NCBI GenBank assembly: GCA_038245295.1
Contig: JBBRSP010000001.1
Location: forward strand, 224,001-288,000
Reading direction: 5' to 3'
Length of the DNA: 64,000 bases
DNA from: Candidatus Binatia bacterium
Lineage (GTDB): Bacteria > Desulfobacterota > Binatia > HRBIN30
Part shown: one piece after another, positions 22,137-32,074 of the stretch
How positions within the stretch are numbered: position 1 is the first letter of the stretch
Layout: each line of letters begins with the position of its first letter
Program-made: the position numbers and the translations under genes
The notes under the pieces: generated by a model
Database searches by the model: none
Seen by the model: only the letters and a program-made list of their open reading frames with translations
Told to the model about the DNA's origin: nothing

Positions 22137-22512
22137 GACCACTGTCGACGGCCGGATGGCGTCGCCCGGCAGATTCTTCGATTGGATTGATGCACCAACA
22201 GCCCTCCTCCACTTCAAACTTCCGTCGTGCGAAAAAGCAAATCATGTGCCGCTATGAAGAGACGCGATGGCTATGGGAGGCAGCCTTGATTCCACCCGGT
22301 CGCGTCTCAGTCGTGCTCAGATCTCAGTGAGTCCTCCCCCAGGCGAGACACCTTGGCCTTGCGGAAGTGAGATCGGAGAACTGGCAGCGTATGGCGCGGC
22401 GATCAAACTTCACTGGCCTCCCCAGGATGATGCGGCTAAAGCCAGCCGTGATGGTCTTGAGGGCGATCAATGGAGACGCATCCTCACGAGCCGCGGCGTC
22501 AGGAGGCCAAGT

Positions 22513-22866
22513 GTGAGTCCGACCACAGGCGATCGCCTCATTCTCGACCGGGAATTTCTGTTGCTGCAAGTCGACCACGACCTGGAGTTCTTGCCCCACG
22601 TGATCGGCATCTTCCTGAAGGAGAGCCGCACTCGGCTCGCCGAGATTGCCGACGCCATGGCGAAACACGACCTTGGCGCCGTTGCCGCGGCGGCGCACTC
22701 TCTCAAAGGGTCTACGGGTGGCATCGGCGCCCAACGCGCCCACCATGCGGCGCACCTGCTCGAACGTGCCGCTCTCTTGGCCAATGCCCCGGCCGCCCTG
22801 ACCGCGTGGTCGGATCTGCAACACGAGGCTGAGACGCTGCTGAGTCAGCTCGCCGAGTCGGCGTAG
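22513..22866 (+). CDS. Hpt phosphotransfer protein
   Basis: AGGAGG at 22501 before GTG; AAHSLKGSTGGIGA motif. Confidence 0.88.
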   Translation: MSPTTGDRLILDREFLLLQVDHDLEFLPHVIGIFLKESRTRLAEIADAMAKHDLGAVAAAAHSLKGSTGGIGAQRAHHAAHLLERAALLANAPAALTAWSDLQHEAETLLSQLAESA

Positions 22867-22980
22867 CTCGCCGCCACCGCCGGAAGGCTTCATCAGCCCG
22901 ATGCCGTGGGGCATCGCCCACGTTTCTGTGCGTCACAGTGTCGGTCTGAGGAACGGCGAAGCAGGAGCCGTTGTCGCCCT

Positions 22981-25236
22981 CTATTGTGGATCGATGTAGA
23001 TCGGCGACGACCAGGCGCGCTCCTCGATGTTGGCCAGGCAATCGTCGCTGGCGGCAGCGCGGTAGTCGCCGTAACACGGGTGGACTTCGAGACAGCGGCC
23101 CGACTCGTCGAGCTTGCAGCGTAGCTGCCCGCCGTTGACCGCTGGACTCGGCTCTTCGATGGCGCGTGCGTAATAGACCGCCGGCCGTTCGCTGGCGGCG
23201 AAGTCTGGGTCTTCGAACTGGACGACACAGCCGGCTTCGCTCGGTTCGCATTTGAACGTGCGCCACGGATCTTCGATGAGCTGGCGCAACGGCTCGCCGG
23301 GGCGAATCTGTGGCCGAATTCGTACGACCTCGATGCGCGTGATCTTCTTGCGTGTCTCGGACGGGTTGTTGCACTCACCGCGACAGAGATGATCGAGGCG
23401 TTCGGGCGACAACGATGTCGTGGCATACTCGGGACAGCCCGGCTTCTGCTTGAACGCGCCGACTGCGCGCACCTCGAAGCGTGGCACACCGCCCATACGC
23501 GTCTCGCTGCCCATCGGCAGTGTTTCCGGCGATCCGTCGCCGCCGGGGGAGTTCAGCAGATTGAACCACAACAGGATGCGATCACCGCTGGTGCCGTAGA
23601 CTTCCTTGCGCTTGAGCGAATTCCACACGGCGTCGCGGCTGCGGCCGTCGGCGTGCACGGCGACCAGTCCGCCGGTCATGAAGAACGACGCCTGCCGCTC
23701 CACTTCAAGTGCCGCGAAGCCGCGTTTGGCCAGCTCATGGATGTCGAGCACCGTCGATTCCGGATCCGCGGGGATCTGTCCGCCGAGCAGACGTTGGCGC
23801 CACTTCTCGTCGCGTGGTCCCGAATCCTCGGTGGTGCGTAGGCGGTCGAATTCTTTGTAGCCGGTACCGGGGCGCGCACGATGGTTGTCGCTCGACGCGA
23901 TGATACCGAAACGGAAACGACGCGGCAGGCTGGGATCGTCGAAGTTGGTGATTGCCAGGGCGTACTGCGTCGACCCGCCCGGGCGGTAGTTGAACGATGG
24001 GATGAAGCAGTCGCGACACTGACCACTGTCGAGCCATTCCTCGAAGTTGGCACCGGGCACCGAGTTGGCGCCGACGATGCTGTACTGCGCGTAGTATTGT
24101 CGCGCTGTGGCGGCGCGCTTGGCACACTCGTCTTGATTGAGCCCGGCCGCTTTGCAGCGCGCCTCGATGATTTCCCCGGCGCGCCAGCAGCTCGGCACGT
24201 AGTCGGGGCGTGGGTCGCCGCAATGCGCCGTACCTTGCTCGTCGAAGACGACTTCATGCCAGTCACGGTACTCCTCGGAGTTGCCGTGGCCCGACATGAT
24301 CTCGATCAGCAATTGGCGTTTCGGATCATGGTTGCCACCCTTGAGCTGCTTGTCCCAGGTGATCCCCGGCGGCGAGTAGAAGCCCCACGTGTTGCCGTGC
24401 GGGATGACGATGCTGTCGAAGCCCCACTGGTCGAGCTTGTCGAACAACTCCTTCGGCGTCGCGGCCGAGTCATAACAGTCGTCCGGCAGCTCTCGTTCAC
24501 CGACCCCGGCGGCACAAACCGGCGTGTCACGGATCTCCTTCATGAAGTGCATGAAATTGTAGTACCGCTGGCGCAGCGGGAAGTCGGCGATGGCGGCCAT
24601 CGGTGACATGCCGCCGACGGAGCTGCGCAACGCATCGGTGGCCATACCGCCGGCGCCGATCGGCCGGGTCGGCACCTCGTCCTCCTTCAGCCCGCTGAAG
24701 ATGACATTCTTGTGTCCGTAGTGTTCGGCCGGCGTTTGGCCAACCTGGCTCCATTCGAAGCCAAGGAATACCGCGACATCGGGATTGTTCGGATCACCGG
24801 CGATGGCGTTGCATTGGCGGATCGCCTCCTTGGTCTCGCGCCAGCGTTGCGGCGTGCTCGCTTCGGCGTGATCGTTGATCGACCAGAAGTCGAGGTTCGA
24901 ACAGAAACGCGCGTAGTCGCAGGCGTCGGCCAGTGGATGGGCGCCGTCGCCTTGCAGCATCGGCAGACTCCATAGGAATGCATCGGTGGAGAACGTCGTG
25001 TGCACGTGCAGGTCGCCGAAAAGAATCTGCTTCGGCTGTGTCGCGCTCAACGCCTTGGCGGCGTTGAGCTGGGCGCGGGCGCGTTGGGCGATCGCCGCCT
25101 CGGGGACGCGTTTCGCCGTCGGCACCCCAGGCCCTTCGTGGACGCCGTACACCCGCATCCAGGCTCCAGCTAGGTAACCGCCGACGACAAGGACGAAGAG
25201 AACGATCACCGTCAGAATTAGTTTGCCGCGCGACAT
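22981..25236 (-). CDS. DUF3604 domain protein (PHP-like metallohydrolase)
   Basis: LFGDLHVHTTFSTDA, LDFWSINDHAE, HKNVIF, SSDNH, EVYGTSG, ERAWSSPI. Confidence 0.88.
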   Translation of the reverse strand: MSRGKLILTVIVLFVLVVGGYLAGAWMRVYGVHEGPGVPTAKRVPEAAIAQRARAQLNAAKALSATQPKQILFGDLHVHTTFSTDAFLWSLPMLQGDGAHPLADACDYARFCSNLDFWSINDHAEASTPQRWRETKEAIRQCNAIAGDPNNPDVAVFLGFEWSQVGQTPAEHYGHKNVIFSGLKEDEVPTRPIGAGGMATDALRSSVGGMSPMAAIADFPLRQRYYNFMHFMKEIRDTPVCAAGVGERELPDDCYDSAATPKELFDKLDQWGFDSIVIPHGNTWGFYSPPGITWDKQLKGGNHDPKRQLLIEIMSGHGNSEEYRDWHEVVFDEQGTAHCGDPRPDYVPSCWRAGEIIEARCKAAGLNQDECAKRAATARQYYAQYSIVGANSVPGANFEEWLDSGQCRDCFIPSFNYRPGGSTQYALAITNFDDPSLPRRFRFGIIASSDNHRARPGTGYKEFDRLRTTEDSGPRDEKWRQRLLGGQIPADPESTVLDIHELAKRGFAALEVERQASFFMTGGLVAVHADGRSRDAVWNSLKRKEVYGTSGDRILLWFNLLNSPGGDGSPETLPMGSETRMGGVPRFEVRAVGAFKQKPGCPEYATTSLSPERLDHLCRGECNNPSETRKKITRIEVVRIRPQIRPGEPLRQLIEDPWRTFKCEPSEAGCVVQFEDPDFAASERPAVYYARAIEEPSPAVNGGQLRCKLDESGRCLEVHPCYGDYRAAASDDCLANIEERAWSSPIYIDPQ

Positions 25237-25511
25237 TCGAAACCCCTCCCGAAAATGACCGTCGTTGCGGCGCAGGGTGGGACCCCGTGGCATGCCGAGC
25301 TGCGTGTGCAGCCCGCTAGATCCCTGGTCGTCATTCTTGCCTGCGCGGGAGCGACGGTTTTCTTCTCACAGTTCGTTTAGTGACAGACTCCTTCGCCTCG
25401 ATGACGAAAGCCATACCATGGTGGACACCTATCGGGAAAAGGAGGGGCGCGTGAATTTCACCGGATGCCACGCGTCAGAGACCGCCGTTATGCCGAACCG
25501 AAGGAGATACC

Positions 25512-25901
25512 ATGAATGGAATCGTCGTAGTCGTCGATGACGACGTGAATACTCGGGTGATCACCCAAACATTGTTGGACAGTCGTGGCTGGCAAGTGCG
25601 CTGGGCACGTGACGTTGGTGAGGCGATGCAACAATTGACGGATGTCCCCGCCGAGGCGACAGTGCTCGATCTCAGCTTGTCCACAGCAAGTGATCTCAAC
25701 GACCTGCGCCGATTGCACCAGGCCTGGCCGTTGTTGCCAGTGGTGGTCATCACCGATCGCACTGAGCCCGATCTCGAACGCTTCGCGCGCCAATCGGGCG
25801 CCGCGGCACTGTTACACAAGCCCACCGATCTCAATCACTTCATGCGCGTTCTCGACGGCACACTCAGCCGCGCCACCGGTCGCCGCAGCGATGCGGCGTG
25901 A
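25512..25901 (+). CDS. Single-domain response regulator
   Basis: RBS GAAGGAG; VVVDDD, VLDLSL, ITD, HKP. Confidence 0.85.
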   Translation: MNGIVVVVDDDVNTRVITQTLLDSRGWQVRWARDVGEAMQQLTDVPAEATVLDLSLSTASDLNDLRRLHQAWPLLPVVVITDRTEPDLERFARQSGAAALLHKPTDLNHFMRVLDGTLSRATGRRSDAA

Positions 25902-26076
25902 GCGCCATCTGATTGTTTCGACGTGTCCTGACGCCGCGTGAGATGGATACGCCGACCGCGGGCTGAGGAGACACCTTCTCGCCGCCCGCTTCGGAGAAGA
26001 AGCAGCCCAACTCCGTTCCGACTCAGGTCGCCAACTCTGTTCATCCAACGCGACGGCTGTGGTAGCGGTAGCAGCG

Positions 26077-27804
26077 ATGACCAACGCCGAACTTGCCGCG
26101 GTCCTACGCCACATCGCCTTGCTGCTCGATATGGACGGTGTGCCCTTCAAGCCGCGCGCCTATGAGAAGGCGGCGAATGCGATCGACAGCGTGACGGAGC
26201 CCCTCGGAGACCTCTTCGGACGCGACGGCATCGCCGCCATCGAGGAGCTGCCCGGTGTCGGCAAGAGCATCGCCGGCAAAATCGCCGAGCTCATCGAGAC
26301 CGGGCAATCCACATACTACGAGCAGCTGCACCGCAAGGTGCCTGTGGACCTTCCGGGCTTGGCCGCGATCGAAGGCCTCGGACCGAAGCACATCAAGACT
26401 CTCTACGACGATCTCGGCGTGCGCACGGTCGCCGATCTCGAGGCGGCGGCACTCGCCGGGCGGATCCGCACGCTGCCGCACTTCGGCGAGAAGAGTGAAC
26501 AGAAGATTCTCAAAGGCATCGGCTTCGTCAAAGCCAGCAGTGGCCGCTTTCCGCTCGGTGTCGCCTTGCCACTGGTCACAGCGATCGCCGCGCGTCTCGA
26601 AGAGCGCAAAGGGGTGCAGCGGGTCGCCGTGGCAGGCTCTCTGCGTCGCCGCAAGGAGACGATCGGCGACGGCGATATCCTGGTGGTCGGACGTGATGCG
26701 GCGGCGATCATGGACTTCGTCGTTGCCATGCCCGAGGTGGTCCATGTCCACGCCAAGGGGCCGACCAAGACCAGTGTCAAGCTCAATACCGGAATGGACA
26801 TCGACGTGCGTGTCGTCGCCAACGAAAGCTTCGGGGCGGCGCTGCTGTATTTCACCGGCAGCAAGGCGCACAATGTCGAGCTGCGTAAGTTGGCCATCGC
26901 CAAGAAACGCAAGCTCAACGAATACGGCGTCTTCCGCGGCGAGAAGATGATTGCCGGGCAGACCGAAGAGGAGGTCTACACCTGCCTCGGCCTCGACTAT
27001 GTGCCGCCGGAGATTCGCGAAGACCGCGGCGAGATCGCTGCGGCGGCAAATGGCACATTGCCGAAACTCATTGACTACGGCGACGTGCGGGGCGACCTGC
27101 AGACGCAAACCGACTGGACCGACGGTGCCGATTCAATCGAAGCGATGGTGGCCGAGGCCAAACGACTCGGGCGCGAATACATCGTCATCACGGATCACAC
27201 CCAGGGGCTGGCAATGATGGGGGGCTGCGACGAGAAAAAGCTGGCGCAGCAAATGCGCGCCATCGATAAGCTCCGCACGGAGGTCAGCGGCATCACGATC
27301 CTCAAGGGTGCCGAGGTCAACATCAACAAAGACGGTACACTCGACATCGCCGACGAAACCTTGGCGCAGCTCGACGTCGTTGGCGTGGCGGTGCACTCGT
27401 ACTTCAACCTGGCGCGGGCCGAGCAAACGCGTCGGATCATTCGGGCCATGGAGAACCCGCACGCCGACATCCTCTTCCATCCAACCGGTCGAGTACTGCA
27501 GAAGCGCGCCGCCTATGAGCTCGATATCGACGCGATCATCAAAGCGGCGAAGCGCACCGGCACGATCCTGGAGATCGATGCCCATCCCGAACGCCTCGAC
27601 CTGAACGACGATCACGTGCGCCAGTGTGTCGCGGCCGGTGTGCCGCTGTCGATCGATACGGATGCCCACAGCGTCACCCATCTCGACTACCTCCACTTCG
27701 GTATCGCCATGGCGCGCCGCGGCTGGGCGACGAAGGCGGACGTGGTCAATACGAAGCCGGTCAAACAGTTCCTCTCCTCACTCAAAAAAAGTGCGGTGCC
27801 GTAG
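26077..27804 (+). CDS. polX: DNA polymerase X with PHP domain
   Basis: HhH motifs (LPGVGKSIA, IEGLGPK), AGSLRRRKETIGDGD, YFTGSKAHN, LNEYG, PHP motifs ITDH and IDTDAH. Confidence 0.95.
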   Translation: MTNAELAAVLRHIALLLDMDGVPFKPRAYEKAANAIDSVTEPLGDLFGRDGIAAIEELPGVGKSIAGKIAELIETGQSTYYEQLHRKVPVDLPGLAAIEGLGPKHIKTLYDDLGVRTVADLEAAALAGRIRTLPHFGEKSEQKILKGIGFVKASSGRFPLGVALPLVTAIAARLEERKGVQRVAVAGSLRRRKETIGDGDILVVGRDAAAIMDFVVAMPEVVHVHAKGPTKTSVKLNTGMDIDVRVVANESFGAALLYFTGSKAHNVELRKLAIAKKRKLNEYGVFRGEKMIAGQTEEEVYTCLGLDYVPPEIREDRGEIAAAANGTLPKLIDYGDVRGDLQTQTDWTDGADSIEAMVAEAKRLGREYIVITDHTQGLAMMGGCDEKKLAQQMRAIDKLRTEVSGITILKGAEVNINKDGTLDIADETLAQLDVVGVAVHSYFNLARAEQTRRIIRAMENPHADILFHPTGRVLQKRAAYELDIDAIIKAAKRTGTILEIDAHPERLDLNDDHVRQCVAAGVPLSIDTDAHSVTHLDYLHFGIAMARRGWATKADVVNTKPVKQFLSSLKKSAVP

Positions 27805-27937
27805 GGTTGGGCTAGGGCGCAGGGCGCGGTGCGTTGCTCCCATTCACCAACTACCGAGTTTCGCCGTTTGTCAGCCGCCCAGATGACGCGGCCGCGCGCC
27901 GTTCATTCGTCGAAGTGTATGTGTTACCTTCGCCCCC

Positions 27938-28366
27938 GTGCGCCAACGGGAAAACCCCGCTCCCACCGTGGATGCGATCATCGAGCTGCCGCAGGGAATC
28001 GTTCTGATCAAGCGACGTTTCGAGCCGCAAGGCTGGGCTCTCCCCGGCGGCTTCGTCGAATACGGCGAGACGGTCGAGACCGCGACGATCCGCGAGGCGC
28101 GCGAAGAGACCGGTCTGGAAATTACCCTGACCCATCTCCTTGGTGTCTACTCCGACCCGCGCCGCGACCCGCGCCGTCACACCATGGCAGTCGTGTTCAT
28201 CGCGCAAGCTCGAGGCATGCCTGTTGCGGGTGACGACGCGGGCGATGCGATGATCTGCGACGAGGCGTCGCTGCCATCACCCATCGCGTTCGATCACGCA
28301 CAAATTCTCTCCGACTACTTCGAGTTTAAGCGGTCCGGTCGACTACCATTGATCCGTCAATTCTGA
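27938..28366 (+). CDS. NUDIX hydrolase
   Basis: [28 protein letters not shown]udix box; [13 protein letters not shown]. Confidence 0.93.
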   Translation: MRQRENPAPTVDAIIELPQGIVLIKRRFEPQGWALPGGFVEYGETVETATIREAREETGLEITLTHLLGVYSDPRRDPRRHTMAVVFIAQARGMPVAGDDAGDAMICDEASLPSPIAFDHAQILSDYFEFKRSGRLPLIRQF

Positions 28367-28440
28367 CACGGAACGTAGGGCTTTTTGGGTAGGGCGTGTC
28401 CAGGCGTAGAACGCTCCCCCTGAACATGGTCGTCGACGAT

Positions 28441-30390
28441 CTAGGTTGCGTCCTCGGGCGACGATGAGTGCGCCATGCGTGCGAACCAACCGCCGGCGTT
28501 GACGAGATCTTGCGGCGTGCCGATCGAGACGACGTTGCCTGCATCGATGACGACAACCTTGTCGGCGTCCTGAACCATCGAGAAACGATGCGCAATGACC
28601 AGTGCTGTACAACGGTGGCGCATGGTGGCGAGCGCTGCCTTGACCTCTAGCTCGGTGGCAAAATCCAGATTAGCGGTGGCTTCGTCGAGCAACAGGATCG
28701 GCGATTTGGAGACGAAAGCGCGCGCCAATTGCAAGCGCTGGCGTTCGCCAACCGACAGGCCGACGCCACTTTCGCCGATCTCGGTGTCCAGACCCTCCGG
28801 CAAGCGCTCGAGTACACGGCTCAAGCCCGCCGCTTGAACCGCTTCCATCACATCAGCGTCGCTGGCGTCGGCGCGTTTGTAGCGGATGTTGTCGGCCAGG
28901 CTGGCGCGGAAGATGGCGCCGTCGGTCGAGACGACGCTGATCGCCTGGCGGATGGTCGATGGTTCAACGCCGCTGAGCGGTTGGCCGTCGATCAAGATGC
29001 TTCCCGAGGTTGGCTCGTGCAGCCGCAGGAGAAGATCGGCGATCGTTGTCTTACCGGCACCGGATGGGCCGACCAATGCCGTCAACGTGTGCGGCTCGAG
29101 AGTGAAGCTGATGCCGTGCAGGACTTCGCGATCCTCGGTGTAGCCGAAGTGCACATCGCGAAACTCGACGCGCCCGGGGCCCGTGGTCAACGACGTGCCA
29201 TGCGGCTCCGTGTCGTTCACGGTGCGCAATTGCAGGGCGCGATCGAGAGACAATGCATGTTCCTGCAGAGTCTTGAAGACCGTCGTGAGCGAATCGATCG
29301 GATTGTAGAGGCGGTCGAGGTAACTCACGAACATGACGACGTCACCGGGTGTGAGCTGGTGGTCGAGGACTGCCCAGCCGCCGTACGCCAGCACCAGCGC
29401 TTGACCGAGTTGCTGCAGCAGCGATTGCCAGAACAGGTAGCGATTGGCGACGCGGTTGCGGTCGAGATACGTCTCGTAGGCGGCGCTGGTCGACTCGGCG
29501 AGTCGTTTGACCTCGCGGTTTTCGGAACCACTCAGCTTGACCGTCTTGATACCGGCGATGGTCTCGAGGATTTGCGCCGACACTTGTTCCCAGAGACTGT
29601 AATAACGCGGCAGATTGGTCTCGAGCTCGCGCGCCGAACGCCGCGCCAGAATGAAATAGGCTGGTACGGTGCCGAGAGCGACCAGGGTGAGCGGGACACT
29701 CTGGCTGAACATGATGGCGAACGTGCCGACGATGCGAAACACCTCTGGAAGTAGGTCCTTCGCGAGTGCCGTGATGATCGGCGCCACCTGATCGGATTGA
29801 TCGATCTGTTTGGCAATGACGCCGCTGCTGCGTGGTCCGAAGAAACGCAGCCGCAAGTTCAACACGTGGGCGAACGTCGAGCTGATGAAGTCCTCTTCGA
29901 TGCGATTGGCCGCGGCGGTCGCGGTGTTGTCGGCCAGCAGGTTGAATAGTTGCGCCGTCAGGCCGGTGATGAACAAGCCGACGACGGCGAGCAGCAGGGT
30001 TTTGAGCATTTCCGTCGGCGTGCGCGGCGCGACCCGGCCGTGACGATGTAGACGGTGGACCTTATGCGCGCGCGGCGGTGTCGGCGTCGGCTTTTGCTCG
30101 GCGGCGACCGCTTCTCGAACCAGCCCGGTCGCCGGCAAGAACGGCGGCATCGGCGCCGAGCTGACGTCGAGGTCGGTGCTGCTGCGCGACGCGGCGCGGC
30201 CGACGAAGACGCCGGCGACGTCGTCGATGGCAACGCGATAGATCAGCGGCTCGAAGAGCGCCGCGATTGCGCTGAAGGCGGCAAAGATGGCGACGAGCAA
30301 CAAACGCCAGCGATACGGCCACGCCAGACGAAACACGGCATACCACGGATGGGCCGCGGCGTGGGTTTCAACGGTAGGTTCGCGGGTCAC
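28441..30390 (-). CDS. ABC exporter, fused permease/ATP-binding protein
   Basis: TM domain, VGPSGAGKTT, LSVGERQR, LLLDEATANLD, IAHR. Confidence 0.92.
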   Translation of the reverse strand: MTREPTVETHAAAHPWYAVFRLAWPYRWRLLLVAIFAAFSAIAALFEPLIYRVAIDDVAGVFVGRAASRSSTDLDVSSAPMPPFLPATGLVREAVAAEQKPTPTPPRAHKVHRLHRHGRVAPRTPTEMLKTLLLAVVGLFITGLTAQLFNLLADNTATAAANRIEEDFISSTFAHVLNLRLRFFGPRSSGVIAKQIDQSDQVAPIITALAKDLLPEVFRIVGTFAIMFSQSVPLTLVALGTVPAYFILARRSARELETNLPRYYSLWEQVSAQILETIAGIKTVKLSGSENREVKRLAESTSAAYETYLDRNRVANRYLFWQSLLQQLGQALVLAYGGWAVLDHQLTPGDVVMFVSYLDRLYNPIDSLTTVFKTLQEHALSLDRALQLRTVNDTEPHGTSLTTGPGRVEFRDVHFGYTEDREVLHGISFTLEPHTLTALVGPSGAGKTTIADLLLRLHEPTSGSILIDGQPLSGVEPSTIRQAISVVSTDGAIFRASLADNIRYKRADASDADVMEAVQAAGLSRVLERLPEGLDTEIGESGVGLSVGERQRLQLARAFVSKSPILLLDEATANLDFATELEVKAALATMRHRCTALVIAHRFSMVQDADKVVVIDAGNVVSIGTPQDLVNAGGWFARMAHSSSPEDAT

Positions 30391-30543
30391 GGATGCACGT
30401 TAGTCCGTTGCGCCGCCCTAGGCGAGCTTGCGCAGGGCCACGAAAACGTCGGGGTAGGGCGTTTGGCGTAGGGCGTGGCAAGGTGTTCGCAACGCTGCAC
30501 ATCCCACGACCGACCCCAAACGGCTTACCTCGTCCCGCGTCGC

Positions 30544-31731
30544 TCAGGCGAGCTTGCGCAGCGCCGTTTCGATACGATCGAGACCTTTTTGCAGGCTCTC
30601 CATCGAGTTCGCGTACGAGATGCGGATGTGTTCCGGGTACCCAAAGTCGGTGCCGCCGACGACCGCGACATGCCCGTTCTCGATCAGGTATGTCGCCATC
30701 TCGTCGCCGTTCTTCGGGCCGCCGGGCTTGTTCATGTAGGCGGCGAAGTTCGGGAAGACGTAGAACGCGCCCTGCGGCTTCGGGCAGACGATCCCGGGAA
30801 TCTTGCGCAGCCGTTCGACGACGAAGTCGCGACGCTTGCCGAACTCGCGCATCATGAGCGGCACGGAAGCCTGCGATCCGCCAAGCGCCTCGACGGCGCC
30901 GGCTTGGGCAACCGATGATGGGTTGGAGGTCATCTGCCCCTGCAGGGTCGTCATTGCCTTGATCAACGGCGCCGGGCCGGCGCTGTAGCCGACGCGCCAG
31001 CCGGTCATGGCGTAGGTTTTCGACACCGAGTTGCACAGCAACGTGCGTTTGCGCAGGTCGGGGCGCACGCGTAGCACCTGGCCGAGATGGAAGCCGGGAT
31101 CGTAGATCATCTGCTCGTAGACATCGTCGGAGATGATGAGACAGTCGCGTTTAGCGATGACATCAAGGAGCGCCCCGAGTTCGCGCTCATCGTAGGCGAC
31201 GCCGGCCGGGTTGCTCGGACTATTGAGAATGATGGCCCTGGTGTTCGGTGTAAACGCCGCTTCGAGGTCGGCCGGTGTCAGCTTGAAGTCGTTTTCCAGC
31301 TTGCCGTAGACGATGACTGCCTTGGCGCCGGCCAACAGCAACATGTCGGGATAACTCACCCAGAACGGCGCCAGCACCAGCACCTCGTCGCCCGGGTTGA
31401 ACAAGGCTTGGAACGCAACGAAGAGCGAGTGCTTGCCGCCGCAGCTGGCGATGACTTCGTTCTTGGCATACTCGAGGCCGTTGTCGCGTCTAATCTTCGT
31501 GATGATGGCCGTCTTCAGCGCGTCCGTGCCGCCGACGGGCGTGTACTTTGTCTGTCCGGCCCGCAGGGCGGCCTCGGCTGCGTTCTTGATCGACTCCGGT
31601 GTATCGAAGTCGGGCTCGCCGGCGCCGAAGTCGATCAAGTCGACTCCCTTGCCGCGCAGAGCCGCGGCCTTTTCGGTCACGGCCATGGTGGCCGATGGTT
31701 TGATCAGGGACAGACGTGCACTCAGCTTCAT
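30544..31731 (-). CDS. aspC: Pyridoxal phosphate-dependent aspartate aminotransferase (class I)
   Basis: GAGEPDFDTP, LNSPSNPAG, ISDDVY, SKTYAMTGWRVG, GAFYVFP. Confidence 0.9.
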   Translation of the reverse strand: MKLSARLSLIKPSATMAVTEKAAALRGKGVDLIDFGAGEPDFDTPESIKNAAEAALRAGQTKYTPVGGTDALKTAIITKIRRDNGLEYAKNEVIASCGGKHSLFVAFQALFNPGDEVLVLAPFWVSYPDMLLLAGAKAVIVYGKLENDFKLTPADLEAAFTPNTRAIILNSPSNPAGVAYDERELGALLDVIAKRDCLIISDDVYEQMIYDPGFHLGQVLRVRPDLRKRTLLCNSVSKTYAMTGWRVGYSAGPAPLIKAMTTLQGQMTSNPSSVAQAGAVEALGGSQASVPLMMREFGKRRDFVVERLRKIPGIVCPKPQGAFYVFPNFAAYMNKPGGPKNGDEMATYLIENGHVAVVGGTDFGYPEHIRISYANSMESLQKGLDRIETALRKLA

Positions 31732-31836
31732 TTCCTACCTCGCAAATTTGCTCTGCCATTGCCGCAACAGAGACGGTCGATTTCCGCTGATCTCGCGTTC
31801 GAAACCTACAAAGCTACATCCGTCATCCCGGCGAAA

Positions 31837-31996
31837 GAGACTGTCGATTTTCTCTGATTCATCGTTTGAAACTGCGCAAACACCTCCGTCAGACCGGCGA
31901 AAGCCGCTATCTCCCCAGCATTTTAGGCCTTTCACCCGAGGAGATCCCGGCTTTTGCCCGGATGACGATGCGGTCTCCGAATCTAGCGACAGACTC
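31837..31996. mobile_element. Putative 160-bp non-autonomous MITE-like element inserted in a REP loop
   Basis: Terminal inverted repeats GAGACTGTCG / CGACAGACTC (9/10); removing it rejoins CGTCATCCCGGCGAA(A) and GCCCGAATCT into a REP arm. Confidence 0.55.
31887..31967. repeat. Second copy of the REP-like doublet
   Basis: CGTCAGACCGGCGAAAGCCGCTATCT..CGAGGAGATCCCGGCTTTTGCCCGGATGACG; arms and part of the spacer match 3129-3201. Confidence 0.85.
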
Positions 31997-32074
31997 GAAG
32001 CCCGAATCTCACCGTACCAGCAAGGGAGAAACCACACATGCCGGACAGTACGTCGACCTAGGCAATCGTTGCGT

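Noticed and set aside
25959..26008. Hairpin GGGCTG..CTTCTC..GAGAAG..CAGCCC before polX as an ncRNA
   Set aside because: Short interrupted stems typical of GC-rich DNA; no promoter, terminator or second copy seen
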